The translations under genes were made by a program, and so were the position numbers. The notes under the pieces are model-generated. The model was not told the DNA's origin and ran no database searches. It saw only the letters and a program-made list of their open reading frames with translations. This document shows positions 30,070-40,223 of a DNA stretch of 64,000 bases, piece by piece. The stretch covers positions 86,247 through 150,246 of the forward strand of contig CAVQLU010000001.1 in assembly GCA_963713435.1 (NCBI GenBank). The letters run 5' to 3'. Numbering within the stretch: position 1 is the stretch's first letter; every line of letters begins with the position of its first letter. Origin of the DNA: an uncultured Actinomycetes bacterium (GTDB lineage Bacteria; Actinomycetota; Thermoleophilia; Gaiellales; JALYLC01).

Positions 30070-31250
30070 GGCCGGTCGCCGCCGAGCGGGAGGCGTGTGC
30101 TGAGCAGGAATCCGCCCCCGCTCGCCGCTCCCGCGGTCATCTCTCCGCCGTAGATCTTCACGCGTTCCCGCACGCCGATCAGGCCGTAGCCGAGACCGGC
30201 GCCGCCCCCGTCGCCGTCGCCGTCGTCGCGCACCTCGATCTGCAGCTCGTCGGGCCGGTAGCGCACGGTCACATCGGCCTGGCTGGCGCCCGCGTGCTTG
30301 AGCGCATTGGTCAGGCCCTCCTGGACGATTCGATAGGCCGAGAGGTCGATCGCCTGCGGAACCGGGACGGGCTCGCCGTCAACGTGCAGCCGTACGGGAA
30401 GGCCCGCGCGTGCGATCTCCTCGAGCAGCGCGTCGAGCCTGCCGAGGCCGGGCTGGGGCGTGAGCTCGAGCTCGTCGTCGTCGCGGCGCAGCGCCCCGAG
30501 CAGGAGGCGCATCTCGGCGAGCGAGGCGCGGCCGGTCTGCTCGACGCCGCGCAGTGCATCCGACTCGTCGCCGAGCGCCGCGGGAAGCTTGTGCCGGACA
30601 GCGCCGACCTGGAGCACCATCACGCTGACCGTGTGGGCGACGATGTCGTGGAGCTCGCGGGCGATCCGCGCGCGCTCCTCCGCGACGGCGATGCGCGCAG
30701 CCGTCTCGCGATCCCGCTCGGCCTGTGCCGCACGTGCCTCGGCAGCCTCGGCCTGCTCGGCCCGCTCGCGCAGCGCGAAGCCCGCCAGCCAAGCGATCGC
30801 GAACACCACCGGCGTGAAGACGAAATCGCCGGCTGCGTGGGCCGGGTTGTTGTAGACGATGATCGTCGTGCTGCAGAGCAGGATCGCCAATCCCAGCCAG
30901 GCCTGCACGGCGTCGCTGAGGTTGCCGAGCAGGAATGCGGCGGCCATGCCGATGGCGAAGAGGCTTGCCGTGAACACGACGATGCGCCCGTCGGCGAATG
31001 AGAGCGCGGCCGAGAAGAGCCACACGACAACGGGCGCCGCGAAGGGATAGCGCCTGCGCGCGAGCAGCGGCAGACACAGCGCAGCGGTCGCCGGAATGGC
31101 GAACCAGAGGGTCGAGCGCGGCGCGTTGGCCGAGTCGCTGCGAAGGGCGACCTCGAGCGCGCTCTCCACCGCCGCGAGCACGATCAGCGCGTCGAACCCG
31201 TAGCGGCGGGCGAGAGACCGGAGGCGGCTCACAGGGTGAACGTACTCCAC
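30066..31250 (-). CDS. Sensor histidine kinase (HisKA_3)
   Basis: ERARIARELHDIVAH, QEGLTNALKHA, DDG, GYGLIGVRERV. Confidence 0.92.
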   Translation of the reverse strand: MEYVHPVSRLRSLARRYGFDALIVLAAVESALEVALRSDSANAPRSTLWFAIPATAALCLPLLARRRYPFAAPVVVWLFSAALSFADGRIVVFTASLFAIGMAAAFLLGNLSDAVQAWLGLAILLCSTTIIVYNNPAHAAGDFVFTPVVFAIAWLAGFALRERAEQAEAAEARAAQAERDRETAARIAVAEERARIARELHDIVAHTVSVMVLQVGAVRHKLPAALGDESDALRGVEQTGRASLAEMRLLLGALRRDDDELELTPQPGLGRLDALLEEIARAGLPVRLHVDGEPVPVPQAIDLSAYRIVQEGLTNALKHAGASQADVTVRYRPDELQIEVRDDGDGDGGGAGLGYGLIGVRERVKIYGGEMTAGAASGGGFLLSTRLPLGGDRP

Positions 31251-31393
31251 AGGCCCAGTGCCCGCCTCCTACCTGAGTAGGACTCCCGATCGTCGCCCGG
31301 TCGGAGGTCGAATCCGGCCTGCCGACGACGACGGCGCGCCGTCTCGCTCCTAGCGTCGAGAGATCGACTTCGACCACTTGAGAGGAGCACGCC

Positions 31394-33448
31394 ATGCAAG
31401 CCCCCACGACACGAACCTTCACCCCCGCGCGCATCGTCGCCCTGGCCCTGATCGCGCTCACCGTCGCGGCCCTCGGGTACCTGCGCTTCGCGCCCGACGC
31501 CGGCCCGGTCTCCGTGCCCAAGGGCGCTCATGCCGGGCAACTGACACTGCATTCATGCCACTACACGACCGAGGAGGGCAGCTACAAGGCCGACTGCGGC
31601 ACGCTCGTCGTGCCCGAGAATCGAGCCGACCCGCACTCGCGGCTGATCGCGTTACCGGTCACTCGCATCCGCGCCCTGGCGGCGCACCCCGGGCCGGCGA
31701 TCTTCCGGCTCGAAGGCGGTCCCGGGATCACGAACATGCAGTTCTCGAAGGCCAGCCGTTTCGCCGGCAAGCACGACGTGGTCCTCGTCGGCTACCGCGG
31801 CGTGGACGGCTCGTCGAAGCTGGACTGCCCCGAGGTGGAGTCCGCCCTGAAGCACTCCGGCGACTTCCTCGGCCAGAAATCGTTCCGCAGCTACGGCAAC
31901 GCCTTCCGGTCGTGTGCCGAGCGCCTCCGGCAGAACGGCGTCGATCTCGCCGGCTACTCGCTGCCCCAGCGGGTCGACGACCTCGACGCGGCCCGGCGCG
32001 CCCTCGGCTATCGGCGCATCGACCTCCTCAGCGAGAGCGCCGGGACGCGCACGGCGATGATCTACGCCTGGCGCCATCCGAAGAGCATCGATCGATCCGT
32101 GATGATCGGCGTCAATCCGCCCGGCAACTTCCTGTGGTACCCGAAGACGACCGACGAGCAGATCCAGAAGTACTCCGCGCAGTGCGCGAAGGACGCAGGG
32201 TGCAGCGGGCGGACGGACGATCTGGCCGCGCTGCTCGAGACGAAGTCGCGCCACATCCCCGACCACTGGCTGTTCCTGCCGGTCAAGCGGGGCAACGTCA
32301 AGGTCGCCACGTTCTACGGGCTGATGGAAGCGACGGACGCGGCTGCGCCTCTCTCGGGGCCGCAGACGCTCGACACGTGGCTCGCCGCCGATGAGGGCGA
32401 CCCGAGCGGCTTCTGGTTCATGTCACTGATGGCCGATGTGGCCCTGCCCACGTCGTTCGTCTGGGGCGATCTCGCCTCCGTCGGACGGGCAGACGTCGGC
32501 GCAGCGCAGCGCTTCTTCGCAGCGGGCCGGCAGCACGGCGACTCGGTCATCGGCAGCCCGGGGACCGACTTCATCTGGGGAGGCGGAGCGCTCGCGAAGG
32601 CGTGGCCCGCAGGCCCCGACGACAACGCCTACAGCCACGTGCGCACCTCGCGCGTGCCGACGCTGCTGATCGGCGGGAGCCTCGACGGCGCGACACCGCC
32701 TCAGAACGCCACACGCGAACTCCTTCCCCATCTCCCGAACGGGCGCCAGGTGATCCTGCCGAACCTCGGACACACCGAGGACTTCTGGAGTTACCAGCCG
32801 AAGGCGAGCAGCCGCCTGGTCAACACCTTCCTGGACAGCGGGGAGGTCGACACCTCGCTCTACACGCGCGCGCAGGTGGACTTCACCCCGGGATTCTCCC
32901 AGCCGGCGATCGCCAAGATCGTCGCGGGCTCGGCGGTCAGCCTCGCCGTCCTGACGGTGCTCTCGCTGCTGCTGATGGCCCGGCGGGTGCACGTGCGAGG
33001 GCGCTTCGGACGCAGAGCCGGCGCAGCGCTGCGCTCGCTCTACGCGATCGTCCTCGGCCTGGGCGGCTGGTGCCTCGGCGCCCTGATCGTCATCACGACG
33101 ATGACCGGCGTCCCGATCGACGATCCGCTGCTGGCCGTCCTCTCCATCGGCGTGCCGGTCGCTCTCGGCGTCTATCTGGCATGGGTGCAGCGCGATTGGC
33201 CGGCCCAGCGCAAGGCCGTCGGAGCCGCCGCGGCGGCAGCCGGAGCGCTGGCGGGCGCCTGGCTGGGATTCCACGCCGTGTCCGGCATCTTCGGGCTCCT
33301 CACCGCCATTGCGGGAGCCGTCGCCGGGGCCAACCTGGCGCTGATCCTGCTCGACATGGCAGGTCTCCACTCCCCCGGCGATCCGTCGGTTGCGGAGAGG
33401 ACGGTGGACGCGCCGAGCCTCGAACCGGCGGTACCCACCGCGGTCTGA
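31394..33448 (+). CDS. Alpha/beta hydrolase (TAP-like peptidase) with C-terminal TM region
   Basis: CGTLVVPENR, LEGGPG, YRGVDGS, SESAG nucleophile elbow, DGATP, GH. Confidence 0.75.
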   Translation: MQAPTTRTFTPARIVALALIALTVAALGYLRFAPDAGPVSVPKGAHAGQLTLHSCHYTTEEGSYKADCGTLVVPENRADPHSRLIALPVTRIRALAAHPGPAIFRLEGGPGITNMQFSKASRFAGKHDVVLVGYRGVDGSSKLDCPEVESALKHSGDFLGQKSFRSYGNAFRSCAERLRQNGVDLAGYSLPQRVDDLDAARRALGYRRIDLLSESAGTRTAMIYAWRHPKSIDRSVMIGVNPPGNFLWYPKTTDEQIQKYSAQCAKDAGCSGRTDDLAALLETKSRHIPDHWLFLPVKRGNVKVATFYGLMEATDAAAPLSGPQTLDTWLAADEGDPSGFWFMSLMADVALPTSFVWGDLASVGRADVGAAQRFFAAGRQHGDSVIGSPGTDFIWGGGALAKAWPAGPDDNAYSHVRTSRVPTLLIGGSLDGATPPQNATRELLPHLPNGRQVILPNLGHTEDFWSYQPKASSRLVNTFLDSGEVDTSLYTRAQVDFTPGFSQPAIAKIVAGSAVSLAVLTVLSLLLMARRVHVRGRFGRRAGAALRSLYAIVLGLGGWCLGALIVITTMTGVPIDDPLLAVLSIGVPVALGVYLAWVQRDWPAQRKAVGAAAAAAGALAGAWLGFHAVSGIFGLLTAIAGAVAGANLALILLDMAGLHSPGDPSVAERTVDAPSLEPAVPTAV

Positions 33449-33456
33449 GCAGATCG

Positions 33457-33493
33457 TTCCGCCGCGGGCGTCGCCACGACGCCCGCGGCGGAA
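33457..33493 (+). terminator. Perfect 17-bp GC-rich stem-loop after the hydrolase gene
   Basis: TTCCGCCGCGGGCGTCG-CCA-CGACGCCCGCGGCGGAA; no U-tract. Confidence 0.5.
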
Positions 33494-33512
33494 TCTGCCC
33501 TAGCATCGAGCG

Positions 33513-34256
33513 GTGATCGACTGGCTGCGAGCGGACATCGTCGACGCCGGCAAGTGGCCGCTCATGCTGTGTTTCCTCGCGTTCGTCGCGACGTTCATCG
33601 GGACGAGGACGATCACGCGGCTGATTCGCGCCGGCCGTGGGCCGTTCCGCGACGTGGTGTCCTCCTCGGGAACCCACATCCACCACTCCGTGCCCGGCAT
33701 CATCCTGCTGATCGTCGGGGCGTTCCTCGCGGTCGGGACGGCCGGAGTGGGTGTGTGGTTCGCAATCGCCGCGGTGATGATCGGCGCAGGTGTCTCACTC
33801 GTGCTCGACGAGTTCGCGCTGATCCTGCACTTGAAGGACGACTACTGGGCCAACGAAGGCCGCCTCTCGGTCAACCTCGTCAGCCTCACCGCCGCCTACC
33901 TGGGGCTCATCCTGGTCGGCCTGAGCCCGGTCGGCATGGACGACGTCGGGGGCGGCGAGCTCGTCCTGCGCCTCGGCGGAATCGGGTTCTTCATCGTGCA
34001 CGGCTTCTCGATCCTCATCTGCGTGCTCAAGGGCAAGTACCGGCTCGCGCTCATATCGCTGCCCATCCCGTTCCTGGCGATGGCCGGAGCCGTGCGCCTG
34101 GCCCGGCCGGGCTCGCTCTGGGCCAAGCGGCGCTACTCGCAGTCGCGGAACGAGAAGGCGACGCGACGCGCACAGCACTTCGACGCCCGCTGGCAGCCCG
34201 TGCTCGGCCGCTGGGACAGCCTCGTCGGCGGCCTGCCGTACGAGCGCCCCGAGTGA
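33513..34256 (+). CDS. Conserved actinobacterial membrane protein
   Basis: HIHHSVPG, LVLDEFALILHLKDDYW, RLARPGSLWA. Confidence 0.7.
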   Translation: MIDWLRADIVDAGKWPLMLCFLAFVATFIGTRTITRLIRAGRGPFRDVVSSSGTHIHHSVPGIILLIVGAFLAVGTAGVGVWFAIAAVMIGAGVSLVLDEFALILHLKDDYWANEGRLSVNLVSLTAAYLGLILVGLSPVGMDDVGGGELVLRLGGIGFFIVHGFSILICVLKGKYRLALISLPIPFLAMAGAVRLARPGSLWAKRRYSQSRNEKATRRAQHFDARWQPVLGRWDSLVGGLPYERPE

Positions 34257-34622
34257 TCACATCTCGGGCGCGGGCCTGCCGGGTGCCCGACCTCGCTGCT
34301 CTGCCGCTGAGCGATCGTTGCGCTCGATCTCGGCGATCAGGTCGTTCAGGGCCTTCAGCTCGCGGCGGAGCGCCGTGCGTCCCTTGCGCGTGACCTGGAG
34401 CCAGGTCCGGGGCCGGCCATTCTCCGTGGTCTTGTCGATCGTGATGAGGCCACTCTGCTCGAGCACCTGCAGGTGCCTGCCGAGGTTGCCGTCGGTCAGC
34501 TGGAGCGTCGCCTTGAGGTGCGCGAAGTCGGCCTTGGCGACGCTCGTCAGCACGGCCAGGATGCCCAGCCGGACGCGCTGGTGGACGTCGTCGTCGAGGC
34601 GGTGAATGGGGTGAGAGCTCAT
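34257..34622 (-). CDS. Winged-helix transcriptional regulator (ArsR/MarR-like)
   Basis: LDDDVHQRVRLGIL, LTDGNLGRHL..LE, RPRTW..T.KGR. Confidence 0.8.
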   Translation of the reverse strand: MSSHPIHRLDDDVHQRVRLGILAVLTSVAKADFAHLKATLQLTDGNLGRHLQVLEQSGLITIDKTTENGRPRTWLQVTRKGRTALRRELKALNDLIAEIERNDRSAAEQRGRAPGRPAPEM

Positions 34623-35185
34623 GTCGCCGACCCTCGCATGGTGACGTAGCCGGCCATTGCGAGCAGGATGACCCCGTAGGCGCCGAACTGGAGTGCGACG
34701 GCGACGTCGCCCGCGGCCTGGGAGCCGATCAGCAGTGAGGCGACAACCATCAGAACCGACGAGACGAGCAGCGCGTCGCTGTCGGCCCAGCGCCCGAGCA
34801 GCCAGAGCGTGACGGCCTGCGCGAGAAACGGCCCGACCGTGCTGACGGCGTCGACATCGAGCAGGACGCCGGCGCGGGAGGCGCTCACCGCGCCGACACA
34901 GAGCGCCAGTGCGGTCAGCCCCCACGGCCGCACCGACACCTGCACTCCCTCCGCGCGTGCGCGACGGGAGAACGCACGCGCCGACACCCAGACGGCGAGG
35001 GCGAAGGCGGGGAGACCGTAGAGCGCGAGGTGGAAACGCCCTACGAGGAGGACTGCGACGACCCCGCCGAGGTCCACGAGCGCAAACGCCACGAGCGGCG
35101 TCGGCAGGGTGGCCAACCGGCGCCGCTCCGATGACCTGAGCGCCTCGATCTCCGCAACCGCTATGTCCGCTGCGTACGGGTCCAT
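34619..35185 (-). CDS. Membrane hypothetical protein
   Basis: Several TM segments; translationally coupled to the regulator. Confidence 0.6.
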   Translation of the reverse strand: MDPYAADIAVAEIEALRSSERRRLATLPTPLVAFALVDLGGVVAVLLVGRFHLALYGLPAFALAVWVSARAFSRRARAEGVQVSVRPWGLTALALCVGAVSASRAGVLLDVDAVSTVGPFLAQAVTLWLLGRWADSDALLVSSVLMVVASLLIGSQAAGDVAVALQFGAYGVILLAMAGYVTMRGSAT

Positions 35186-35204
35186 CGCTTGGCGCACCCC
35201 GGCC

Positions 35205-35260
35205 TTGACAGGTTCAACTCTGTAGTGCAGAGTTCAACCGTTGACTCTGCACTGCAGAGT
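35205..35260 (+). promoter_or_regulatory. Promoter TTGACA-N17-CAGAGT with two palindromic operators ACTCTG(C/T)A-N-TGCAGAGT
   Basis: Palindromes at 35217-35233 and 35244-35260 in the divergent intergenic region. Confidence 0.65.
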
Positions 35261-35306
35261 ATCCGGTACCCGATTGGCTCGCAAGAGCCGCGTTCGGAGG
35301 ATGAGA

Positions 35307-35561
35307 ATGTTCGCGCTGCTGCCACTCATCGGCGGGCTGCTGCTTGGCTGGCTCGCCCCACGCAGGACTGCCATCCTGCTCCAGATCGCCTTCTACGCGG
35401 TCGCGGTCGCGGTGCTGACGATCAGCGCGCCCGACCACGGCGGCGGGTACCGCGACATCGTGTGGATCGCGCCCGTCCTCGCCGTCGCATCCGCCGGCGC
35501 CCTGATGCTCGGATTCTGGTTCGCACGCTCCGGCCGTCGCCGCGCCGCACCGCTGCAGTGA
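35307..35561 (+). CDS. Small membrane protein
   Basis: GGAGG RBS; three hydrophobic segments. Confidence 0.6.
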   Translation: MFALLPLIGGLLLGWLAPRRTAILLQIAFYAVAVAVLTISAPDHGGGYRDIVWIAPVLAVASAGALMLGFWFARSGRRRAAPLQ

Positions 35562-35585
35562 CACGTCGCTCGCGGCCGCTCGCCG

Positions 35586-36125
35586 TCAGTCGATGAGCCT
35601 GTCCAGCAGCTCGAACGTGGGACACGGGTCGTCGATGTCGCCGAAGTGGCCCTCGTCGCGGATGATCTGCGTGCCGCCCAGCCGGTCGAACATCTGCCGT
35701 CCCTGCTCGGCGTCGCAGCCGTAGGGGTCGTGCACCGAGTTGATGAAAGAGATGTCGCGGACGTTCGCCTTGATCCTCTCCCAGTCGTAGCTCGCCTGCA
35801 GCACCGGCTCCTCGTTCTGGTTGGGGCGGGTCGAGTAGCCCGCGACGAGAATCGCCTGCGCCACCGGGGCCTCGATGTGCTCGAGGATGGCGAGGAGGAG
35901 CGCCGCGCCGCCCGAGTGCCCTACGAGGACGGTTCCCGGCTCGAACTCGTGGCCCGCCAGCACGATCGGGAGGAACGTCTCGATCGGCTCGCTGTTGAGG
36001 CCCGGGTAGTGAGGGAGCTCGACCTCGTATCCGCGCGCTTCGAGCCGAGCGCCCAGCCAGCGGTACCAGCAATGGTCCGGGTGGCCGCCCGTCCCGTGGA
36101 AGATGATCGCTCGCCTGTCCGTCAC
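35586..36125 (-). CDS. RBBP9/YdeN family alpha/beta hydrolase
   Basis: IIFHG..G.P...WY.WL, LVGHSGG, DPY, GHF. Confidence 0.8.
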   Translation of the reverse strand: MTDRRAIIFHGTGGHPDHCWYRWLGARLEARGYEVELPHYPGLNSEPIETFLPIVLAGHEFEPGTVLVGHSGGAALLLAILEHIEAPVAQAILVAGYSTRPNQNEEPVLQASYDWERIKANVRDISFINSVHDPYGCDAEQGRQMFDRLGGTQIIRDEGHFGDIDDPCPTFELLDRLID

Positions 36126-36186
36126 AGTTCTCCTCGCAGCGATGCGGTGCGCGACCGGCGCACGCCGGTCGCGCACGCGTCGCGAA

Positions 36187-36588
36187 TCAGGCAATCGGCT
36201 CGACGATGATGAGCGCGTTGCCGTCGGGGTCGCGCAGCCAGAACATCGGCGGCACCGGACCGCCGAAGCGGCTGACCTCGTCGTCGACGTCGACGCCGGC
36301 GGCCTTGAGCGCGGCATGGTCGGCATCCACGTCCGAGGTGTCGAGACAGATCCCCGTCTGGCCCCCACCGGCCGGCTGGCCCTCGGGCGGCGGCGCGATG
36401 GCGATCGTCGTCTCGGCTCCGGGAACCGCGACCTCGACCCAGCGCATCGTCTCGTTCATGGGGACGTCGACGACCTTCTCGAGCCCGAGCTTGCCGACGT
36501 AGAAGTCGATCGCGCGGTCCGTGTCGGAAACGGTGACGCAGACGCGGCCGACCTTCGTGAGATTGAGCTTGGAAGTCGTGCTGGACAT
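36187..36588 (-). CDS. VOC/glyoxalase family protein
   Basis: VSDTDRAIDFYVGKLGL, RWVEV, LRDPDGN. Confidence 0.85.
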   Translation of the reverse strand: MSSTTSKLNLTKVGRVCVTVSDTDRAIDFYVGKLGLEKVVDVPMNETMRWVEVAVPGAETTIAIAPPPEGQPAGGGQTGICLDTSDVDADHAALKAAGVDVDDEVSRFGGPVPPMFWLRDPDGNALIIVEPIA

Positions 36589-36618
36589 CGGGAGCCTCCT
36601 GATCGTCGGGTTTCGTCT

Positions 36619-36649
36619 CATAGACGGCGGCGCGAGCAGAAACTCATCG
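36619..36649 (-). promoter_or_regulatory. Candidate SigG-type ECF promoter CGATGA-N18-GTC
   Basis: Minus strand reads CGATGA gtttctgctcgcgccgcc GTCTATG directly upstream of the VOC gene. Confidence 0.5.
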
Positions 36650-36661
36650 CCGGCGCTCGTC

Positions 36662-37219
36662 TCAGGACGTGCCGAAGTCGACAGCCTTGGTCTCGACCGT
36701 CCCCGCCGTCCGCCCCGGCGCCGTTTCGTACGTCCAGTACAGGTTGGTGTGCGCGATGACCTGGTCCGGCGGCGGCGCGCCCCATTCGGTGGAGTCCTCC
36801 GTCGTATGGGCGTCGCTGACGAGAATCGCGTCGTAGCCTCGCACGAGCGCGCCGTGCAGCGTTCCGCGGATGCACGCATCGGTCTGTGCGCCGGCGACGA
36901 TGAGGCGCCCGACACCGAACTCGGCGAGCACGGCCTCGAGCGCAGTCTCCTCGAAGGAGTCGCCGTAGGCCTTCTCGATCTGTGGCTCGGCGTCGCCCGG
37001 ACGCAGTTCGGGAACGATGCGCCAGTCGTCGCTGTCCTTCACGAACCGCTCGTCGGTCTGCTGAACCCAGACGACGGGAACCCGCGCCTGCCGCGCCTTC
37101 TCGACCAGGCTGGCGATGTTCGACACGACGGTGTCGCGTTCGTGATTGCCCGCGACGACGCCGTTCTGCACGTCGACGACGAGGAGTGCGGTGTTCGGCC
37201 GGTTCTCGAGCGTGGTCAT
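36662..37219 (-). CDS. Isochorismatase family cysteine hydrolase
   Basis: [28 protein letters not shown]. Confidence 0.85.
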   Translation of the reverse strand: MTTLENRPNTALLVVDVQNGVVAGNHERDTVVSNIASLVEKARQARVPVVWVQQTDERFVKDSDDWRIVPELRPGDAEPQIEKAYGDSFEETALEAVLAEFGVGRLIVAGAQTDACIRGTLHGALVRGYDAILVSDAHTTEDSTEWGAPPPDQVIAHTNLYWTYETAPGRTAGTVETKAVDFGTS

Positions 37220-37338
37220 GGACTCCCCTTCCCAAGTGCAGAGCGAGGATTAATGGCACGGCATCGCGAGCGCTGCGGTACCTCTATCGTCTCCCGCCAG
37301 AGGCCCGCCGGGGCGACACTCGAGACAGGAAGCTCTGC

Positions 37339-38361
37339 ATGGACAACGCGGCCCAGGGTATCGAGCGCTTCGATCGTGTCCCGCTCCTCTTCGGGCCATC
37401 TCCCGTCCACCGGCTGGAGCGGCTGAGCGAGCACCTCGGTGGCGCGGTCGACATCTGGGCCAAGCGGGAGGACTGCAACTCGGGCCTGGCCTACGGCGGC
37501 AACAAGGTGCGCAAGCTCGAGTACCTGGCCGCAGAGGCACTCGCGCAGGGCTGCGACACGCTCGTCTCGATCGGCGGCGTGCAGTCGAACCACACCCGCC
37601 AGGTCGCGGCCGTCGCGGCACGGCTCGGCCTTGCCTGCGTGCTCGTGCAGGAGCGCTGGGTCGAGTGGCCCGACGTCGTCTACGACAAGGTCGGCAACAT
37701 CCTCCTCTCGCGGATCATGGGCGCGGACGTGAGGCTCGACCCGTCCGGCTTCGACATCGGCATCCGCAGGAGCTGGGAGGACGCGCTCGCATCCGTCGAG
37801 GCGAGCGGCGGCAAGCCCTATGCCATTCCGGCCGGCGCCTCCGACCACCCACTGGGCGGGCTCGGATTCGCGCGCTGGGCCGACGAGGTGGCCGCACAGG
37901 AGCGCGAGCTCGGCGTCTTCTTCGACACGATCGTCGTCTGCTCCGTGACCGGATCGACCCAGGCGGGGATGGTCGCGGGATTCGCGGCGCAGGAGGCCGA
38001 CCGCGCCGTGCTCGGCATCGACGGTTCGGCGACCGTCGAGCAGACGTGGGCGCAGATCGCACGCATCGCACGGGCCACGGCCGCTGCCATCGGGCTCGGC
38101 CGCGAGCTCGCCGACTCGGAGATCGTCCTCCTCGAGGAGTGGCACGCGGGCACGTACGGCATCCCCGACGAGAAGACGATCGAGGCCATTCGCCTGTGCG
38201 CCCGCCTCGAGGGCGTGCTCACCGACCCCGTCTACGAGGGCAAGTCGATGGCCGCGCTGATCGACCTCGTGCAGTCGGGGCGGATCGCGCCGGGGTCGCG
38301 GGTGCTCTACGCCCACCTCGGCGGTCAGCCCGCGCTGAATGCCTACGCGGGAGCGTTCTGA
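37339..38361 (+). CDS. acdS: 1-aminocyclopropane-1-carboxylate deaminase
   Basis: [44 protein letters not shown] and YAHLGG carry the Glu/Leu residues that separate ACC deaminase from D-cysteine desulfhydrase. Confidence 0.9.
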   Translation: MDNAAQGIERFDRVPLLFGPSPVHRLERLSEHLGGAVDIWAKREDCNSGLAYGGNKVRKLEYLAAEALAQGCDTLVSIGGVQSNHTRQVAAVAARLGLACVLVQERWVEWPDVVYDKVGNILLSRIMGADVRLDPSGFDIGIRRSWEDALASVEASGGKPYAIPAGASDHPLGGLGFARWADEVAAQERELGVFFDTIVVCSVTGSTQAGMVAGFAAQEADRAVLGIDGSATVEQTWAQIARIARATAAAIGLGRELADSEIVLLEEWHAGTYGIPDEKTIEAIRLCARLEGVLTDPVYEGKSMAALIDLVQSGRIAPGSRVLYAHLGGQPALNAYAGAF

Positions 38362-38370
38362 GACCTGGTT

Positions 38371-39171
38371 CTAGGCAGTCAGCGCGACCGCGGCCTCGGG
38401 CGTGGCGGCATGCAGGCTGAAGCTCTCTTCGAGGTACAGGCGCACGACCTTGTCGTCGTGCGATAGGTAGCCGATCGACACGTCCTGGCCCGAGTCGAAG
38501 ATGAAGTCGCCGCCGCGCAGGCTGAGGACCACGGCTCCGCTCACGCCGGGCGCCCACACGAGCGGGCCCTCGACGATCTTGCGCAGATGCTCCAGCAGCG
38601 GATAGCCGCCGTGCTCGGCCGTCTCGATCACGCGCCGGTACTGATCGCTTCCGAGCGCGATGCCATAGGGGCCGCCGACGCCGCTCTGCAAGAGGCGCTC
38701 GACCGCCGCCGCAACCGGCCGCGGGTATCCGTCCGGATCCTTGCCGAGCCGTATCGCGGCATGTGGCGTCGTTTCGGCGATCCCGCTGATCGCTCCCTGC
38801 CAGCCGTGGAAGACCGCCGTGTTCTCGGCCACCGCGAGTTCATGAGCGGCGGTGTCGAGCGGTTCGAGGTCGGCGTCGTCGGCGCCGCGATCGGCATCGC
38901 GGAGCTCGTCTCTCGAGAGCTCGAAGGTCGCGCGCAGCTCGACGAGCGGCAGCACGCGCCGGCGGATGCCGGACACGCCTCCGGTCGGCGCTTTCGCAAG
39001 CGGCTCCGTGCGCCCGAGATTGGTCGACGAGTGCTGCCAGCCGTGCGGGCCCGAGAAGTCGACCAGCTTGCGGGCGGCCAGCGCCGGCGTCAGGCGCTCG
39101 CGCGCCTCGTCATCGAGCAACTGCCAGCCGGACTCGCTGATCGGCGCCAGCTCGCGCAGCAGATGGTTCAT
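38371..39171 (-). CDS. Family 1 encapsulin shell protein (linocin M18-type)
   Basis: MNHLLRELAPIS..W, ARKLVDFSGPHGW, RGGDF...GQDVSIGY, LYLEESF. Confidence 0.92.
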   Translation of the reverse strand: MNHLLRELAPISESGWQLLDDEARERLTPALAARKLVDFSGPHGWQHSSTNLGRTEPLAKAPTGGVSGIRRRVLPLVELRATFELSRDELRDADRGADDADLEPLDTAAHELAVAENTAVFHGWQGAISGIAETTPHAAIRLGKDPDGYPRPVAAAVERLLQSGVGGPYGIALGSDQYRRVIETAEHGGYPLLEHLRKIVEGPLVWAPGVSGAVVLSLRGGDFIFDSGQDVSIGYLSHDDKVVRLYLEESFSLHAATPEAAVALTA

Positions 39172-40199
39172 CGTGCTTCCTCTCTCAGGCTTCCGATGGC
39201 GAGCGAGCCGTCGCTTGCGGCGCCGGCCTCCGCGGGCACAACCTCCGAGGTCGACACGGGAGCGGCGCCCGGTACCGGTGGGTCATCGATGAAGTCGGCG
39301 CTCGGCACGAAGAACAGGTTGCCGGTCACCGCGGTGGAGAAGTCGAGGATCCTGTCGTAGGTGCCCGGCGGATTGCCGACGAACATGTTCGTCAGCATCT
39401 CCTCGGTCACCTCGGGGTAGCGCGCGTAGCCGATGAAGTACGTCCCGAATTCGGCCGCGCCGACGCTGCCGAACGGCATGTTCAGGCGCCAGATCTGACG
39501 CTCGTCGCCGTCGCCGTCGACGATCGTGTTGAGCGCGACGTGCGAGTTGGCGGGCTTCTGCTCGTCGGGGAGCTCGATGTCGCTGAGCTTCGTGCGTCCG
39601 ATCGCCTGCTCCTGCTCCTCGACCGGGAGCGCGTCCCACTCGACGAGGTCGTGCAGGTACTTCTGAACGATCACGTAGCTGCCCCCGGCGAAGGCGGGAT
39701 CCTCGTCTCCGATCAGGACCGCGTCGCGCGCCGCCTCGCCCTCGGGGTTCTCCGTTCCGTCGACGAACCCGAGCAGGTCGCGCTCGTCGAACGACCGGAA
39801 GCCGTGCACCTCGTCGACTACCCGGCCGTGTCCGGCGAGCCGGCCGGTCAACCGGTACGCGAGCTCGAAGCAGACGTCCAGCCGATGTGCGCGGATGTGG
39901 AAGAGCAGATCGCCCGGCGTCGCGGGAGCGCGATGCACCTGGCCGGCGAACCCGGGGAACGGGTGGAGACCCTCGGGCGGCGGCACGCCGAAGAGACGAT
40001 CCCACGCAGCAGCCCCGATACCGACCACGCAGGTGAGCTCGCTCTCGGGTATCCGGAAGCCGACCGACCGCCTGAGTCCGTTGACGCCCGCGATCAGGTC
40101 GCGGACCGCGTCCTCGCCGCCGGGCCCCACGGTCGCGGTGAGGAAGATCGCCGCCTCCGTGAGCGGAGCCAAGACGGCTTGGGGCTCAGGCTCCGGCAT
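39168..40199 (-). CDS. DyP-type peroxidase, encapsulin cargo
   Basis: TPGDLLFHIRA, LLGFVDGTENP, GGSYVIVQKYLH; C-terminal targeting peptide SDGSLAIGSLR. Confidence 0.92.
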   Translation of the reverse strand: MPEPEPQAVLAPLTEAAIFLTATVGPGGEDAVRDLIAGVNGLRRSVGFRIPESELTCVVGIGAAAWDRLFGVPPPEGLHPFPGFAGQVHRAPATPGDLLFHIRAHRLDVCFELAYRLTGRLAGHGRVVDEVHGFRSFDERDLLGFVDGTENPEGEAARDAVLIGDEDPAFAGGSYVIVQKYLHDLVEWDALPVEEQEQAIGRTKLSDIELPDEQKPANSHVALNTIVDGDGDERQIWRLNMPFGSVGAAEFGTYFIGYARYPEVTEEMLTNMFVGNPPGTYDRILDFSTAVTGNLFFVPSADFIDDPPVPGAAPVSTSEVVPAEAGAASDGSLAIGSLREEAR

Positions 40200-40223
40200 G
40201 GCGGGAAGTATGGACCGCCGCGG

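Noticed and set aside
38371-39171. Phage capsid or bacteriocin
   Set aside because: It is an encapsulin shell paired with a DyP cargo carrying a targeting peptide.
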